Origin: Candidatus Latescibacterota bacterium
GTDB lineage: Bacteria > Latescibacterota > UBA2968 > UBA8231
Direction of reading: 5' to 3'
NCBI GenBank assembly: GCA_965203355.1
Contig: OZ241889.1
Location: forward strand, 1,952,001 to 2,016,000
DNA: 64,000 nt
Every line of letters starts with the position of its first letter. Within the stretch, counting starts at the first letter, position 1. The translations under genes and the position numbers were made by a program. This document shows positions 18,389 to 27,770 of the stretch, piece after piece. The notes under the pieces were generated by a model that ran no database searches, was not told where the DNA came from, and saw nothing but the letters and a program-made list of their open reading frames with translations.

Positions 18389-21300
18389 ATGATTCTGGTA
18401 AATCTGCTGCTAATCGCAGCCGTTGGCGCGGTCGCCAGCCTGAGTACGCGCTTTTTCTCGCCAGTGGAATTGCAAGACCGTTTCGAGGAGGGACAGAAGC
18501 TCTATGCGCTCGGGGACTACGACAAAGCCATTGAGCGCTATGAGGTCATTCTCTCCACCGAAAGCAATGCCATGATCAACGTGGAGGATGTAACCGTAGC
18601 GGTGGACGAGTTCATTCTGCCGGTGCGCGTGGGGGCCACCTACCAGCTAGGCAATACCTATAACAAGCTGGGTCTCGAAAAGTTGCAGCGCTCGCAGTTT
18701 TTGCGCTCAGAGCAAAAGGAAGCCGAGGCCGATGCTCGCTACGAGGAGGCCCTACAAGATCTCAACAAAAGCCGAGACCTCTTCCGCAGCCTAGCCGCGG
18801 ACGAGCGCGTTGATGATCGCACTCGGGTGATGGCGCAGTACCAGATGATTCAGACCAGTTATCAACTTAAGGAGTACGAGCAGGTCATCGAGGAAGGGAA
18901 CCAACTGCTGCACAACTTCTCCCACAGCCTGTACGAGGCATCGGTTCACTACGACCGAGCGTGGTCCTATTTTGAGTTGGAGCGCTATGACGAGGCCATC
19001 GCCAGTTTCAAGCAGGTGTTGATCTTGGCTCCCAGAGGCTCTAACGCCGACCGCTCGCTCTTCCAGATCGCCGAGAGCTACGACAAGCTAGGGCAATATG
19101 AAGATGCGCTGGAGTACCTCGACCGCCTCATCGCCCGCTACGATTTCGCGCAGATGACCGAGGAAGAAATCATCGAAATGACCACCCTCAAGCTCAAGGG
19201 GTTGGTCAAGGAGACCGCGCGCGAGCTAGTCGCCAAAGCTCACCTGAAAAAGGGCGATATTTACGCGCGCAACAGCGAGGTCGCCAAGGCGCTCGCCGCC
19301 TATGCCGTAATCCCGGCCGAATACGCGGTTGAGCCGATCTTGGTGCAAAATAGCTATATCCGCACCGCCGAATTGGTGCAGAAGGAACGGGGCACGACAG
19401 CGGCCATCGCCGCGTACAAGGATGCCATCGAAAAGGTCGAAGACAAGCTGTTTCAGGCGCGTACGCAGCTAACGGTCGCCCTGATGCTTTTCGACCAACA
19501 GCAGTACCGCAAGTCGGCCCAAGAGTACGAGATATACCTCAATGCCTACGGCGATGTGGCCCAGCGCATCGGCTTCGACCGCTACAAGGTTCTCTTTCGC
19601 ATCGCCCAGTGCCACCAAGAATACGGGCGGCAGATTCGCGGCGCAGATCCGGCTAGCGCAGACGAGGAGATCGCCAAGGCACTCGAAGGCTACGACCAGC
19701 TTTTGAGCCAGCGCGAGGACCATGTCCTGATACCGGACGTGCTTTTTAACGCGGGCTTTGCCAACCAAATCCTCGAGAAAAACGAAGTAGCGCGGCCGCT
19801 GTACCAGCGGTTAGTCGATGAATATGCAGACCATCCGGCGGCGCCCAACGGCCTTTTGCAGTTGGCCCGCATCGCCTATGCTGCCTCCGATCTCAAGCGG
19901 GCCGAGGATCTCTATAAATCCTTCCTCAACCGCTTCCCGGATTCGCAACTGCGCCATACGACGCGGATGGAGTTGGGGCTCACCTACAAGCGCCTTGAGG
20001 ACTCAGATAACGCCATCGCCGCCTATGAGACGGTGGAAGAGGGTTGGGACAAGTGGCCCACCGTGCAGGTCGAGTTGGCCGAGCTATACCTGGGCAAACG
20101 AGAATACGAAAAGGCGCGCCAGGCCCTAGTGCGCGCCTTGGATCGAGCCGGTGACGACACCCTAAAGAGCCAGATGTACTACACCTTGGCCCGAGTGCAT
20201 TTTGCCGAGGATAATTTCGCCGGTGCGATCCGCGCTTGGGGACAGGCCATTGCGCTGAATCCGCCTGAGCACCTCTTGCAAAATTCGCTGCTGGCCCGCG
20301 GCGGTGCGTACTACGAGGTCGCCAAACAGCAAGACGCGGTCGGCGACACGGCCCAAGCGCGCGTAAGTTATGAGGCATCGCTGGCGGACATGAAGGCCCT
20401 GCTCGAAAGCGCGCCCGCACCCCAGATAAAGGACAGCGCCTTCCGCACCCTCGGCGCGGGCATGATCCGCTTGGGGCGGCAAGAAGAGGCGGCTAGCTAC
20501 TATCGAGAACTCATTGCCGCGTCGGGCGACCCGCAAGAGCAGGCGACCTTTAGCATGCTCCTGACGGAGCTGTACTACGATCAGCAGGACTTTGTCCAAG
20601 CCGAAAAGTTCGCTCGTCAGCTCCTCGACATGCCGTTTGAAGACGACAATCAGGCGGGTTACTACCGCAAAGAACGCGCCTATTCCATCATCGGCAATGC
20701 GCTGCTACAGCAAAAGGAGTACGAGGAAGCGGCCCGCGTCTTTGCCCAAGGGCTCAAGCGCTATCCGAATTCGGGCGAGAGCGGCAACTTGGCCTTCTCC
20801 AAGGGTTTTGCCGAAATCAGCTACGGCAACTACGATACAGCAGCCAAGAGCTTCAAATCCTTTGTCGACACCTATCCGCGCAACGCCAACCGCATTCACG
20901 GCCAGTACTATCTGGCCCACAGCCTCCAAGCCCTGACGCGGTTTAAGGAGGCCGCGGCCGCTTTTAGCGAACTGGTCGAGCGCGATCGCCAGTCCCAATA
21001 CGAAGAAGAAGCGCTTTTTCTCATCGGCGAAAACCACTACAACGATCAAGCCTTTGCCGCGGCCGCGACCGCATACCAAGCACTCTTGGCCAAATATCCC
21101 CAAGGGCCATACGGCGGGTCGGCGCAGTACGCGTTGGCTTGGTCTTTTGTCGAACAAGAGGAGATGGAGCAAGCAGTAGGCGCGATGCAAGGCCTAGTTG
21201 CCAATTACCCCGAGAGCGAATTTGCCCCCAAAGCGCAGTTTACCATTGGCGACTACTACTACAATATCCAGTCTTATGACGAGGCCATGACGGCCTACGA

Positions 21301-21661
21301 GAAAGTACTCAAGCTATATCCCAACTCCGAAGAGGCGTCGCGGGCCACGGCGTTGGTAGCAGAGCTACGCGAGATCCAAGCCAGCTTTAGCTACAACGAG
21401 GCCATGAAGCTCTTTGAAGCCAAAGACTACGAGCGGGCCGTGCCCGCGCTACAGAAAATCATCCGCGATTATCCCGGCACCCATACCGAATTGGCGGCCT
21501 ACTGCAACTTGGGGCTGGTCTATGAAATCACGCGCCAGTGGTCGCAGGCCGTGGAAAAGTATCAGGTCGTGGAAGAAAAGGGTGGGGACGATCCGGAAAA
21601 CGCCGACGTGGTCGGTTTTGCCAAGCTACACCGAGAATGGATTGTGGAAAATCGGCTCTAG
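18389..21661 (+). CDS. 1090-aa periplasmic TPR protein with N-terminal anchor (BamD/CpoB-like repeats)
   Basis: AGGAGG RBS; N-terminal hydrophobic helix; many TPRs of the Y..L...YP.S....A type. Confidence 0.9.
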   Translation: MILVNLLLIAAVGAVASLSTRFFSPVELQDRFEEGQKLYALGDYDKAIERYEVILSTESNAMINVEDVTVAVDEFILPVRVGATYQLGNTYNKLGLEKLQRSQFLRSEQKEAEADARYEEALQDLNKSRDLFRSLAADERVDDRTRVMAQYQMIQTSYQLKEYEQVIEEGNQLLHNFSHSLYEASVHYDRAWSYFELERYDEAIASFKQVLILAPRGSNADRSLFQIAESYDKLGQYEDALEYLDRLIARYDFAQMTEEEIIEMTTLKLKGLVKETARELVAKAHLKKGDIYARNSEVAKALAAYAVIPAEYAVEPILVQNSYIRTAELVQKERGTTAAIAAYKDAIEKVEDKLFQARTQLTVALMLFDQQQYRKSAQEYEIYLNAYGDVAQRIGFDRYKVLFRIAQCHQEYGRQIRGADPASADEEIAKALEGYDQLLSQREDHVLIPDVLFNAGFANQILEKNEVARPLYQRLVDEYADHPAAPNGLLQLARIAYAASDLKRAEDLYKSFLNRFPDSQLRHTTRMELGLTYKRLEDSDNAIAAYETVEEGWDKWPTVQVELAELYLGKREYEKARQALVRALDRAGDDTLKSQMYYTLARVHFAEDNFAGAIRAWGQAIALNPPEHLLQNSLLARGGAYYEVAKQQDAVGDTAQARVSYEASLADMKALLESAPAPQIKDSAFRTLGAGMIRLGRQEEAASYYRELIAASGDPQEQATFSMLLTELYYDQQDFVQAEKFARQLLDMPFEDDNQAGYYRKERAYSIIGNALLQQKEYEEAARVFAQGLKRYPNSGESGNLAFSKGFAEISYGNYDTAAKSFKSFVDTYPRNANRIHGQYYLAHSLQALTRFKEAAAAFSELVERDRQSQYEEEALFLIGENHYNDQAFAAAATAYQALLAKYPQGPYGGSAQYALAWSFVEQEEMEQAVGAMQGLVANYPESEFAPKAQFTIGDYYYNIQSYDEAMTAYEKVLKLYPNSEEASRATALVAELREIQASFSYNEAMKLFEAKDYERAVPALQKIIRDYPGTHTELAAYCNLGLVYEITRQWSQAVEKYQVVEEKGGDDPENADVVGFAKLHREWIVENRL

Positions 21662-21709
21662 TGAGGTTTTAACGCAACGCACAGTAGGACACAATACCGG
21701 GAGGTTGTA

Positions 21710-22384
21710 ATGGAGCAGAATTTTTTAGTCGACCAGTTTTTCAAGGGCGGGCCTATCATGTGGCCCCTGTTGCTCTGCTTGCTGATCGCCCTAGCCATCA
21801 TCATCGAACGGCTGTGGCGGCTGCTGACGGTCCCGGGCGAAGAGGAAGCCGAACAGCAGCTCAACCAGGCCGAGGACGTGCTCAGAAGCCAAGGCGAAGG
21901 CGGGGCCGTTGAGCTGTTTCGCGACGGCCGTGGCGTGCTCAACTTCATCTTTGCCGCGTTGGTGAAGCGCTACGATACCTTGGTGCTCGAAAATCGCACG
22001 GATCTAGAGGACATGCGCCAAGAGTTGATTTTGGCCACTGAGGAAGCCGGCGAGATGTATCTCGGCCGGCTGCTCAACGCGCTCGGAACCATTGGCGTCC
22101 TTTCTCCGCTGATGGGGTTGTTGGGCACGATCATGGGTATGATTAATGCCTTTGACGCGATTGCCCGCGCTGGGGCTGGCGATCCGGCGGCGGTGGCCAG
22201 TGGTATTTCCGAAGCCCTGATCACGACGGCCAGCGGCCTCATCGTCGCCATTCCGACCATCGTCTTCCACCGCTACCTCTCCGGCCGGGCGGAAAAGGTT
22301 TTCAAGAGCGTGGAGCTGTACTGCCACGCCTTCGCCAATACCCTGCTGGTGCGCTTCCAAGCTAGTCAGCGGGAGGCCAGTTAG
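21710..22384 (+). CDS. exbB: MotA/TolQ/ExbB proton channel
   Basis: GGPIMWPL, IIIER, SPLMGLLGTIMGMINAF, VASGISEALITTASGLIVAIP. Confidence 0.95.
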   Translation: MEQNFLVDQFFKGGPIMWPLLLCLLIALAIIIERLWRLLTVPGEEEAEQQLNQAEDVLRSQGEGGAVELFRDGRGVLNFIFAALVKRYDTLVLENRTDLEDMRQELILATEEAGEMYLGRLLNALGTIGVLSPLMGLLGTIMGMINAFDAIARAGAGDPAAVASGISEALITTASGLIVAIPTIVFHRYLSGRAEKVFKSVELYCHAFANTLLVRFQASQREAS

Positions 22385-22402
22385 GCAGAAAGAGACGCGG
22401 CC

Positions 22403-22822
22403 ATGCGGCAGAGACGAAAGAGCGGATTTGGCAAAAGGGCCTTTAAGACCTCGGAAAACCCGGATCTGACTCCGCTGATCAACTGCATGTTCTTGCTGTT
22501 GGTTTTCTTTATGGTGGCGACCACCTTCGTCAATCCCAAGGGGTTGAGCGTAGATCTGCCAGGGGGCGAAGGCGAGTCGAGAGCGACCAAGGACATGAAC
22601 ATCGTGATCGACCCGGATCAGACGATCCAAGTCAACGGCGAGGTCACGGATAAGGCGCGGTTGGCGGAAAAGATCCGGCAAGTCATTGAGACGGACAACA
22701 CCAAGAACGTGATTTTGGAGTCCGCGCGCTCAATACCGCACGCCTACGTGGTGCAGGTGATGGACATCGCCCGCGGCGAGGGCATTGAGGCCATTGCTTT
22801 CGCCAAGAGCGGAGAAGGATAG
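22403..22822 (+). CDS. exbD: ExbD/TolR family protein (conserved TM Asp replaced by Asn)
   Basis: DLTPLINCMFLLLVFFMV, VDLP, VVQVMDIAR; the canonical motif is PxxD. Confidence 0.9.
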   Translation: MRQRRKSGFGKRAFKTSENPDLTPLINCMFLLLVFFMVATTFVNPKGLSVDLPGGEGESRATKDMNIVIDPDQTIQVNGEVTDKARLAEKIRQVIETDNTKNVILESARSIPHAYVVQVMDIARGEGIEAIAFAKSGEG

Positions 22823-22826
22823 CGCC

Positions 22827-23246
22827 ATGGCTAAACGGAGACAATCGCTGGCCGAAAAAGCGGGCGAGTTTGAGCTGAACCTGACGCCGATGATCGACGC
22901 CGTGTTCCTGCTGCTGATCTTCTTTATGACCACCACGGTCTTTGTCAAGGCCACCCAGCTCAAGATCGAGCTGCCCGACTCGGTTCACTACGACCAACTC
23001 AAAGCCGAAAAGAAGCTGAATCTGCGCATCTCAAGCGAGGGCCAGCTTGAGATCAACGGCCAGTTCGTGGCGATGGGGCAGCTCGCGCGCTGGTTAGAGC
23101 GAGAAAAGGTCCGCACCGGTTCAGCGACGCTGATTATCACCGCGGACGCGGACGCGGCGCACGGCCATATCATCGACGCCATGGAAATGGCCACCATGGC
23201 GGGCGTAGAAAAAATCGACATTGAAACCGAGGAACCAACCAATTGA
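22827..23246 (+). CDS. exbD: ExbD/TolR family protein
   Basis: NLTPMIDAVFLLLIFFM, IELP, IITAD..A.HG. Confidence 0.93.
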   Translation: MAKRRQSLAEKAGEFELNLTPMIDAVFLLLIFFMTTTVFVKATQLKIELPDSVHYDQLKAEKKLNLRISSEGQLEINGQFVAMGQLARWLEREKVRTGSATLIITADADAAHGHIIDAMEMATMAGVEKIDIETEEPTN

Positions 23247-23277
23247 CGACTGGTAGCAAAACGGGAGTTGCAATTTT

Positions 23278-24045
23278 ATGAGAGCAAAGTACATGGGGCT
23301 CGTCGGCTTAGTGGCGCTCGGGTTGGTCTGGAGCTGCGGGGGGCTGGTGCCGCCCGAAATGGTGTACGATCTGCATGTGATGCCCGTCCCGCCCGCAGGC
23401 CGCGGCGACTACACCATCGATCCAGACGACAGCTCGATGGTCTTTAGCAAAGAGGGGCTTTTAATCCGGGTGCGACACCTGAGCGACGCCGAGCTCAACG
23501 GGCGCTTCCCGCCCCTGTACGACGGTCGCCACGTCAACCCCTACACCCGCGACGACCTTGATCCCGAAAAGGGCTACATCCCTCCGAGATTCACCGTTTT
23601 TGAAGTCGAGGTCATAAACAAGACCTATGCCAAGATCGAGTTCGATCCGGCCAAGGCGATCATGGAATCGGGCGGCGAGACCTATCGCTACTACGATCCC
23701 GGGCGCGAAGGGGCTGTCGTGGAGGGAGGCAACAGCTTCACCAAGTACTACAAAATGGAGCTGGGCACTTCGGGCAATGAGCGCGAAATCAACTTGGAGC
23801 GCATGGGCATTATCTACAAGACGGTCTTTCATCGCGATCGACCGATCTTCCGCGATAGCCGCCAAAAAGGCATGTTGGTCTTTGATCCATTGCTGCCGGA
23901 AAACGACGAGTTGCTGCTCACATTCCGCGAATTCGTGCTTTCGTTTGACGCCAGTGGCAATCCCGAAGAGACCATTGACGTCGAGTTCCGTTTTGCCGTG
24001 GACCAAGGAACGAGGGAAAAGGCTGGCGCGAGCGGAGCGGGTTGA
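23278..24045 (+). CDS. Hypothetical lipoprotein, paralog of 11469-12236
   Basis: Lipobox VWSC; motifs colinear with the 11469 protein. Confidence 0.82.
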   Translation: MRAKYMGLVGLVALGLVWSCGGLVPPEMVYDLHVMPVPPAGRGDYTIDPDDSSMVFSKEGLLIRVRHLSDAELNGRFPPLYDGRHVNPYTRDDLDPEKGYIPPRFTVFEVEVINKTYAKIEFDPAKAIMESGGETYRYYDPGREGAVVEGGNSFTKYYKMELGTSGNEREINLERMGIIYKTVFHRDRPIFRDSRQKGMLVFDPLLPENDELLLTFREFVLSFDASGNPEETIDVEFRFAVDQGTREKAGASGAG

Positions 24046-24107
24046 ATATCACTATGGCAGGACATCTCATTGCGAGGGGCTGGACCTTCCGTCTAGCTCC
24101 TCTTTTT

Positions 24108-25760
24108 ATGCACAAAACGCGGTTGGTCGGCCTGCTAGTCGGGGCCTGCATTAGCTGTGGCCAAGAGCGGCCGGACAACGCCCATCTGTTGGCCAAAGTC
24201 GGCGCGGTCGAGATTACCGCGTCCGATCTCCACGCCTTTGAAGCCAACCTCAAAACAGCCGCCTTGCGCGCCGAGCACCGGAACAATTTGCAGACGCTCA
24301 TTGACCGCGAGGTGTTGCTCTTGGCGGCCAATGCACGCGCGTTGCAGCGCGACCAAGCGGTCTTAGCCGAACTTGCCAAGCGCGAGACCAAAGCCCTCGC
24401 CGATGCGATGTTGCAGCGCAATGTCGAGGCTAAGATCGCGGTGACTAAAGACGACATCGAAAAAGCCTATGCGCGGCCGGGATGGTCAGAAAAGGTCACC
24501 ACTATGGAGATTTTTGTGCCCGACCGAAAACAGGCGCGGCAGGTAACAAGTGCTTTGGCACAGGGCGAGGATTTTGCGGAAGTGGGCCGTCAATTCGCCG
24601 CGGATCCCTATTATGGCGTGCATACTGGTGAAGTCCGGCAGGTGGCCTATTCACCTTTTGATAGTCCCCGCGCCCTAGCCCAAGCCGTCTTTGCCCTACC
24701 CGTGGGCGGCGCGACCGAGCCGATACCTTTTCACGGTGGATTCGTCATCGCCAAAGTGGCGGAGCGTCGTCGCGCCGAATTGATCGAGGTCGAGGACGGC
24801 ATCCGCGAGGCGCTCGGCGACGAGCAGCAAAAGCAACGGCGCGAATCGTACCTGCGGCATCTCAAGTGGGACTTGGAGACGGTTTTTGACGCCGAAGGCA
24901 TGGATATTGTAGTAAGCGTCTTACAGGGCGCGGCTAAACTGGTGGACTTGGGCGAGGCCGAGCGCCAGCACCCGGTCTATGCTTTCGAGGGCTTGCAGAT
25001 GGATGTGGCCGAGGTCTTAGAAGCCGTGCGGCCATCGGGCCGATTGTGGCCGGAAGCCACGGCCGACGCCGTCAACGAGAAACTATCCGCGGACCACTTT
25101 CCCAACCGCCTTATGGCCCACGACGCCCGGCGCAAGGGCCTTGATAAAACCGAGGCTTTTGCGCGTGCGCACGAACTAGCGTTGGGCAATCTGATGCTGA
25201 TAGCGCTGCGCGAGCAGATCTTGGCCGAGGCTCCCGCGCCGACCGAGGACGAGCTACGGGCCTTCTACGAGGAGCACAAGCACCGCTTTCGCACGCCCGC
25301 GCACGCCCGTTTAGAGGAAATCTTGCTCGAAACCCCGAGCGAGGCGCGTCAGATTGCAGCGCAGATTGCGGCCGGTGCCGAGTGGGCGGAATTGGCCCGC
25401 GTCCACAGCGTGCGCCGCAACGCCGAAGACGGCCTCCTGTACGTGTCCGAATCACAGGCTCCCTTTTTGGGGGAGGCTTGGATGAATGCGGTGATGAACG
25501 CCGAACTGAATCAACTCCAAGGGCCGATCCAAACGAGGGGAGGCTATTCGATCTTTCGGGTTATCGAACGCTCCCCAGCGGTTTATCACGACCTAGCGCT
25601 AGCGCGGGTGCGGAATTCGGTGGAGCGGGACGTGCGAGAGCGCGTGGAGCGGGCGTTCTTCAATAGCTATCTGCGCGATTTGCGCCAAAAATACGCCGAG
25701 CAGATTGACGTGTACGAAGAACACCTGCGGCATTTAGACGACGAGTCGGTGCAGAACTGA
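24108..25760 (+). CDS. PpiC/parvulin-type foldase (SurA/PrsA-like, duplicated)
   Basis: Lipobox ISC; LAKVG..EIT, LIDREVLL, GEDFAEV, FALPVG..TEPI; second copy GAEWAELARVHS, GPIQTRGGYSIFRV. Confidence 0.85.
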   Translation: MHKTRLVGLLVGACISCGQERPDNAHLLAKVGAVEITASDLHAFEANLKTAALRAEHRNNLQTLIDREVLLLAANARALQRDQAVLAELAKRETKALADAMLQRNVEAKIAVTKDDIEKAYARPGWSEKVTTMEIFVPDRKQARQVTSALAQGEDFAEVGRQFAADPYYGVHTGEVRQVAYSPFDSPRALAQAVFALPVGGATEPIPFHGGFVIAKVAERRRAELIEVEDGIREALGDEQQKQRRESYLRHLKWDLETVFDAEGMDIVVSVLQGAAKLVDLGEAERQHPVYAFEGLQMDVAEVLEAVRPSGRLWPEATADAVNEKLSADHFPNRLMAHDARRKGLDKTEAFARAHELALGNLMLIALREQILAEAPAPTEDELRAFYEEHKHRFRTPAHARLEEILLETPSEARQIAAQIAAGAEWAELARVHSVRRNAEDGLLYVSESQAPFLGEAWMNAVMNAELNQLQGPIQTRGGYSIFRVIERSPAVYHDLALARVRNSVERDVRERVERAFFNSYLRDLRQKYAEQIDVYEEHLRHLDDESVQN

Positions 25761-25773
25761 GCAAACGAGGGGA

Positions 25774-27759
25774 GTGATTTTGTCGTCGGCCAACGTCCAA
25801 GAGCGCTTCGCGATCATGCCCGCCGATGCCTCTTTTGAACCGGGCTTTAATGCAAAGACCCTGTGGGCGGCGCTCTTCGTCGGCTTTGTCATGCTGCCCG
25901 GCGCGATTTACCTCGGGTTGGTGACCGGGATGAGCATGGCCGGAGGGGCCGAATGGGTGACGCTCATTCTCTTCATCGAAATGGCCAAGCGCACCTTCGT
26001 ATCCCTGCGGACTCAGGAGATCATCATCCTCTACTGGGTGGCCGGCGGCTTGGTAATGATGGGCGGCAAGCTGGGCACCGGGGCCGATCTCTTCGGCGGC
26101 CCATTCGGCGTGTTGATCTGGGATCAGTATTTGATCCAATCGCCGCAAGCCGACGGACTGGCCGAGCACATTCCAACTTGGGTCGTGCCTCCGCGTGGCT
26201 CGGCCGCTCTCTTAGAGCGCAGCTTCCTAGACAGCGCGTGGCTCAAGCCCATCGTCATCCTCCTCTGCGCCGTTGCCTTGCAGCGCGTCAACGCCCTGTC
26301 GCTGGGCTACGTGCTCTTCCGCATCACCCACGACATTGAGCGCCTGCCCTTTCCCATGGCCTATGTGCAGGCCGGAGGGGCGACCGCCCTCGCTGAAACC
26401 TCAGCCAAGCAGGAGGGGTGGCGCTGGCACGTGTTCAGCACCGGGGCTTTTATCGGGGCTGTGTGGGGCGTATTCTACGTGGTGGTGCCGACGCTGTCGT
26501 CGGTTTTTTTGACCGAAACCGTGTCGATCTTGCCGATTCCCTTCATCGACTTCACCGTGCTGCTAAAGGCCGTTTTACCCGCTGCCGTCATCGGCTTGGC
26601 TACGGATTTGATCCACGTGCTATTCGGCCTCGTACTGCCGTTCTGGGTGGTCGTAGGGGTGTTTGCCTCGTCGATCTTGGTCAACTTGGTCGCCAATCCC
26701 ATCCTCTATGCCTACGGCATCTTGCACACTTGGGAGCCGGGCATGTCGTCGATCCCCACCCAGATTGCCAATACCTTTGACTTCTGGCTGAGCTTTTCGC
26801 TAGGGGGGGCCATCGTGGTCGCGGCTATGGGTTTCTATACCGCAGGTAAAGTCTTGCTCGCCGCTGGCAAGGTTCGGGAAACGGTTCGAGAGCCTGGCCC
26901 CGAGCGCGGCGACATCCGCATGGTCGTGGCCTTGGGAATCTGGGCGGTGAGCACGCTGTGCTTCGTGCTGATGGTGTACTATTTGGTGCCCGATTTCCCT
27001 TGGTGGATCACCGCGCTCTTTGGCTTTGTGTGGACGCCGATTTACTCGTACATCGGCACGCGGATGATCGGCCTGACCGGGTCGCCGCAGGGGGTAACTT
27101 TTCCCTATCTGCGCGAGGCCAGCTTCTATTTGTCCGGCTACCAAGGGGCCGGGATCTGGTTCGCGCCGGTGCCGATCTTCCAGTGGGGCTACGAGGCGCA
27201 AGTGTTCAAGCAGCTGGAGCTGACGCGCACTCGCTTTGGCAGCATCGTCAAGATGACGGCCCTGACTTTGGCTGTCATGTTCGCGTGTAGCTTTCTGTTC
27301 TGGTCGCTGATATGGAAGCTGGGGCCGATTCCTTCCTCGGCGTACCCATTCGTGCAAAAGATGTGGCCTTTCCACGCCACCATGCAGGCGTTCTGGGCCA
27401 AGTCAACTCTGCCGGGCGCGGGCCAGAGCTTGGTAACGCAAATTATTCGCTGGGATTACATCGGGATTGGGCTGGTCTTTAGCGGCGCGTTGTACGCACT
27501 GCTGAGCGCACTCAGCGCACCGCTGGGGATTTTCTATGGTTTTGTCGCGGGCCTCGGCGGCTGGCCGCACTTTGCCATCCTCAACTTCCTTGGTGCTCTG
27601 CTGGGCCGCTTCTACTTGCAAAAGCGCTTTGGCCCGGAGCGGTGGTACGCGTACGCGCCCATCGTGCTGGCCGGGTACTCGTGCGGTGTGGGGCTGATCG
27701 GCATGACGGCCATTGCCATTGCGCTGATTTCCAAGGCCGTATCGCAGGTCGTGTTCTGA
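25774..27759 (+). CDS. OPT-superfamily-like polytopic transporter
   Basis: Many TM segments; FEPGF, PGAIYLGLV.G, AEWVT.ILF.E, ERLPFPMA...A.GATALAE (OPT-like LPFP motif). Confidence 0.72.
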   Translation: MILSSANVQERFAIMPADASFEPGFNAKTLWAALFVGFVMLPGAIYLGLVTGMSMAGGAEWVTLILFIEMAKRTFVSLRTQEIIILYWVAGGLVMMGGKLGTGADLFGGPFGVLIWDQYLIQSPQADGLAEHIPTWVVPPRGSAALLERSFLDSAWLKPIVILLCAVALQRVNALSLGYVLFRITHDIERLPFPMAYVQAGGATALAETSAKQEGWRWHVFSTGAFIGAVWGVFYVVVPTLSSVFLTETVSILPIPFIDFTVLLKAVLPAAVIGLATDLIHVLFGLVLPFWVVVGVFASSILVNLVANPILYAYGILHTWEPGMSSIPTQIANTFDFWLSFSLGGAIVVAAMGFYTAGKVLLAAGKVRETVREPGPERGDIRMVVALGIWAVSTLCFVLMVYYLVPDFPWWITALFGFVWTPIYSYIGTRMIGLTGSPQGVTFPYLREASFYLSGYQGAGIWFAPVPIFQWGYEAQVFKQLELTRTRFGSIVKMTALTLAVMFACSFLFWSLIWKLGPIPSSAYPFVQKMWPFHATMQAFWAKSTLPGAGQSLVTQIIRWDYIGIGLVFSGALYALLSALSAPLGIFYGFVAGLGGWPHFAILNFLGALLGRFYLQKRFGPERWYAYAPIVLAGYSCGVGLIGMTAIAIALISKAVSQVVF

Positions 27760-27770
27760 GGGTTCGCCCG

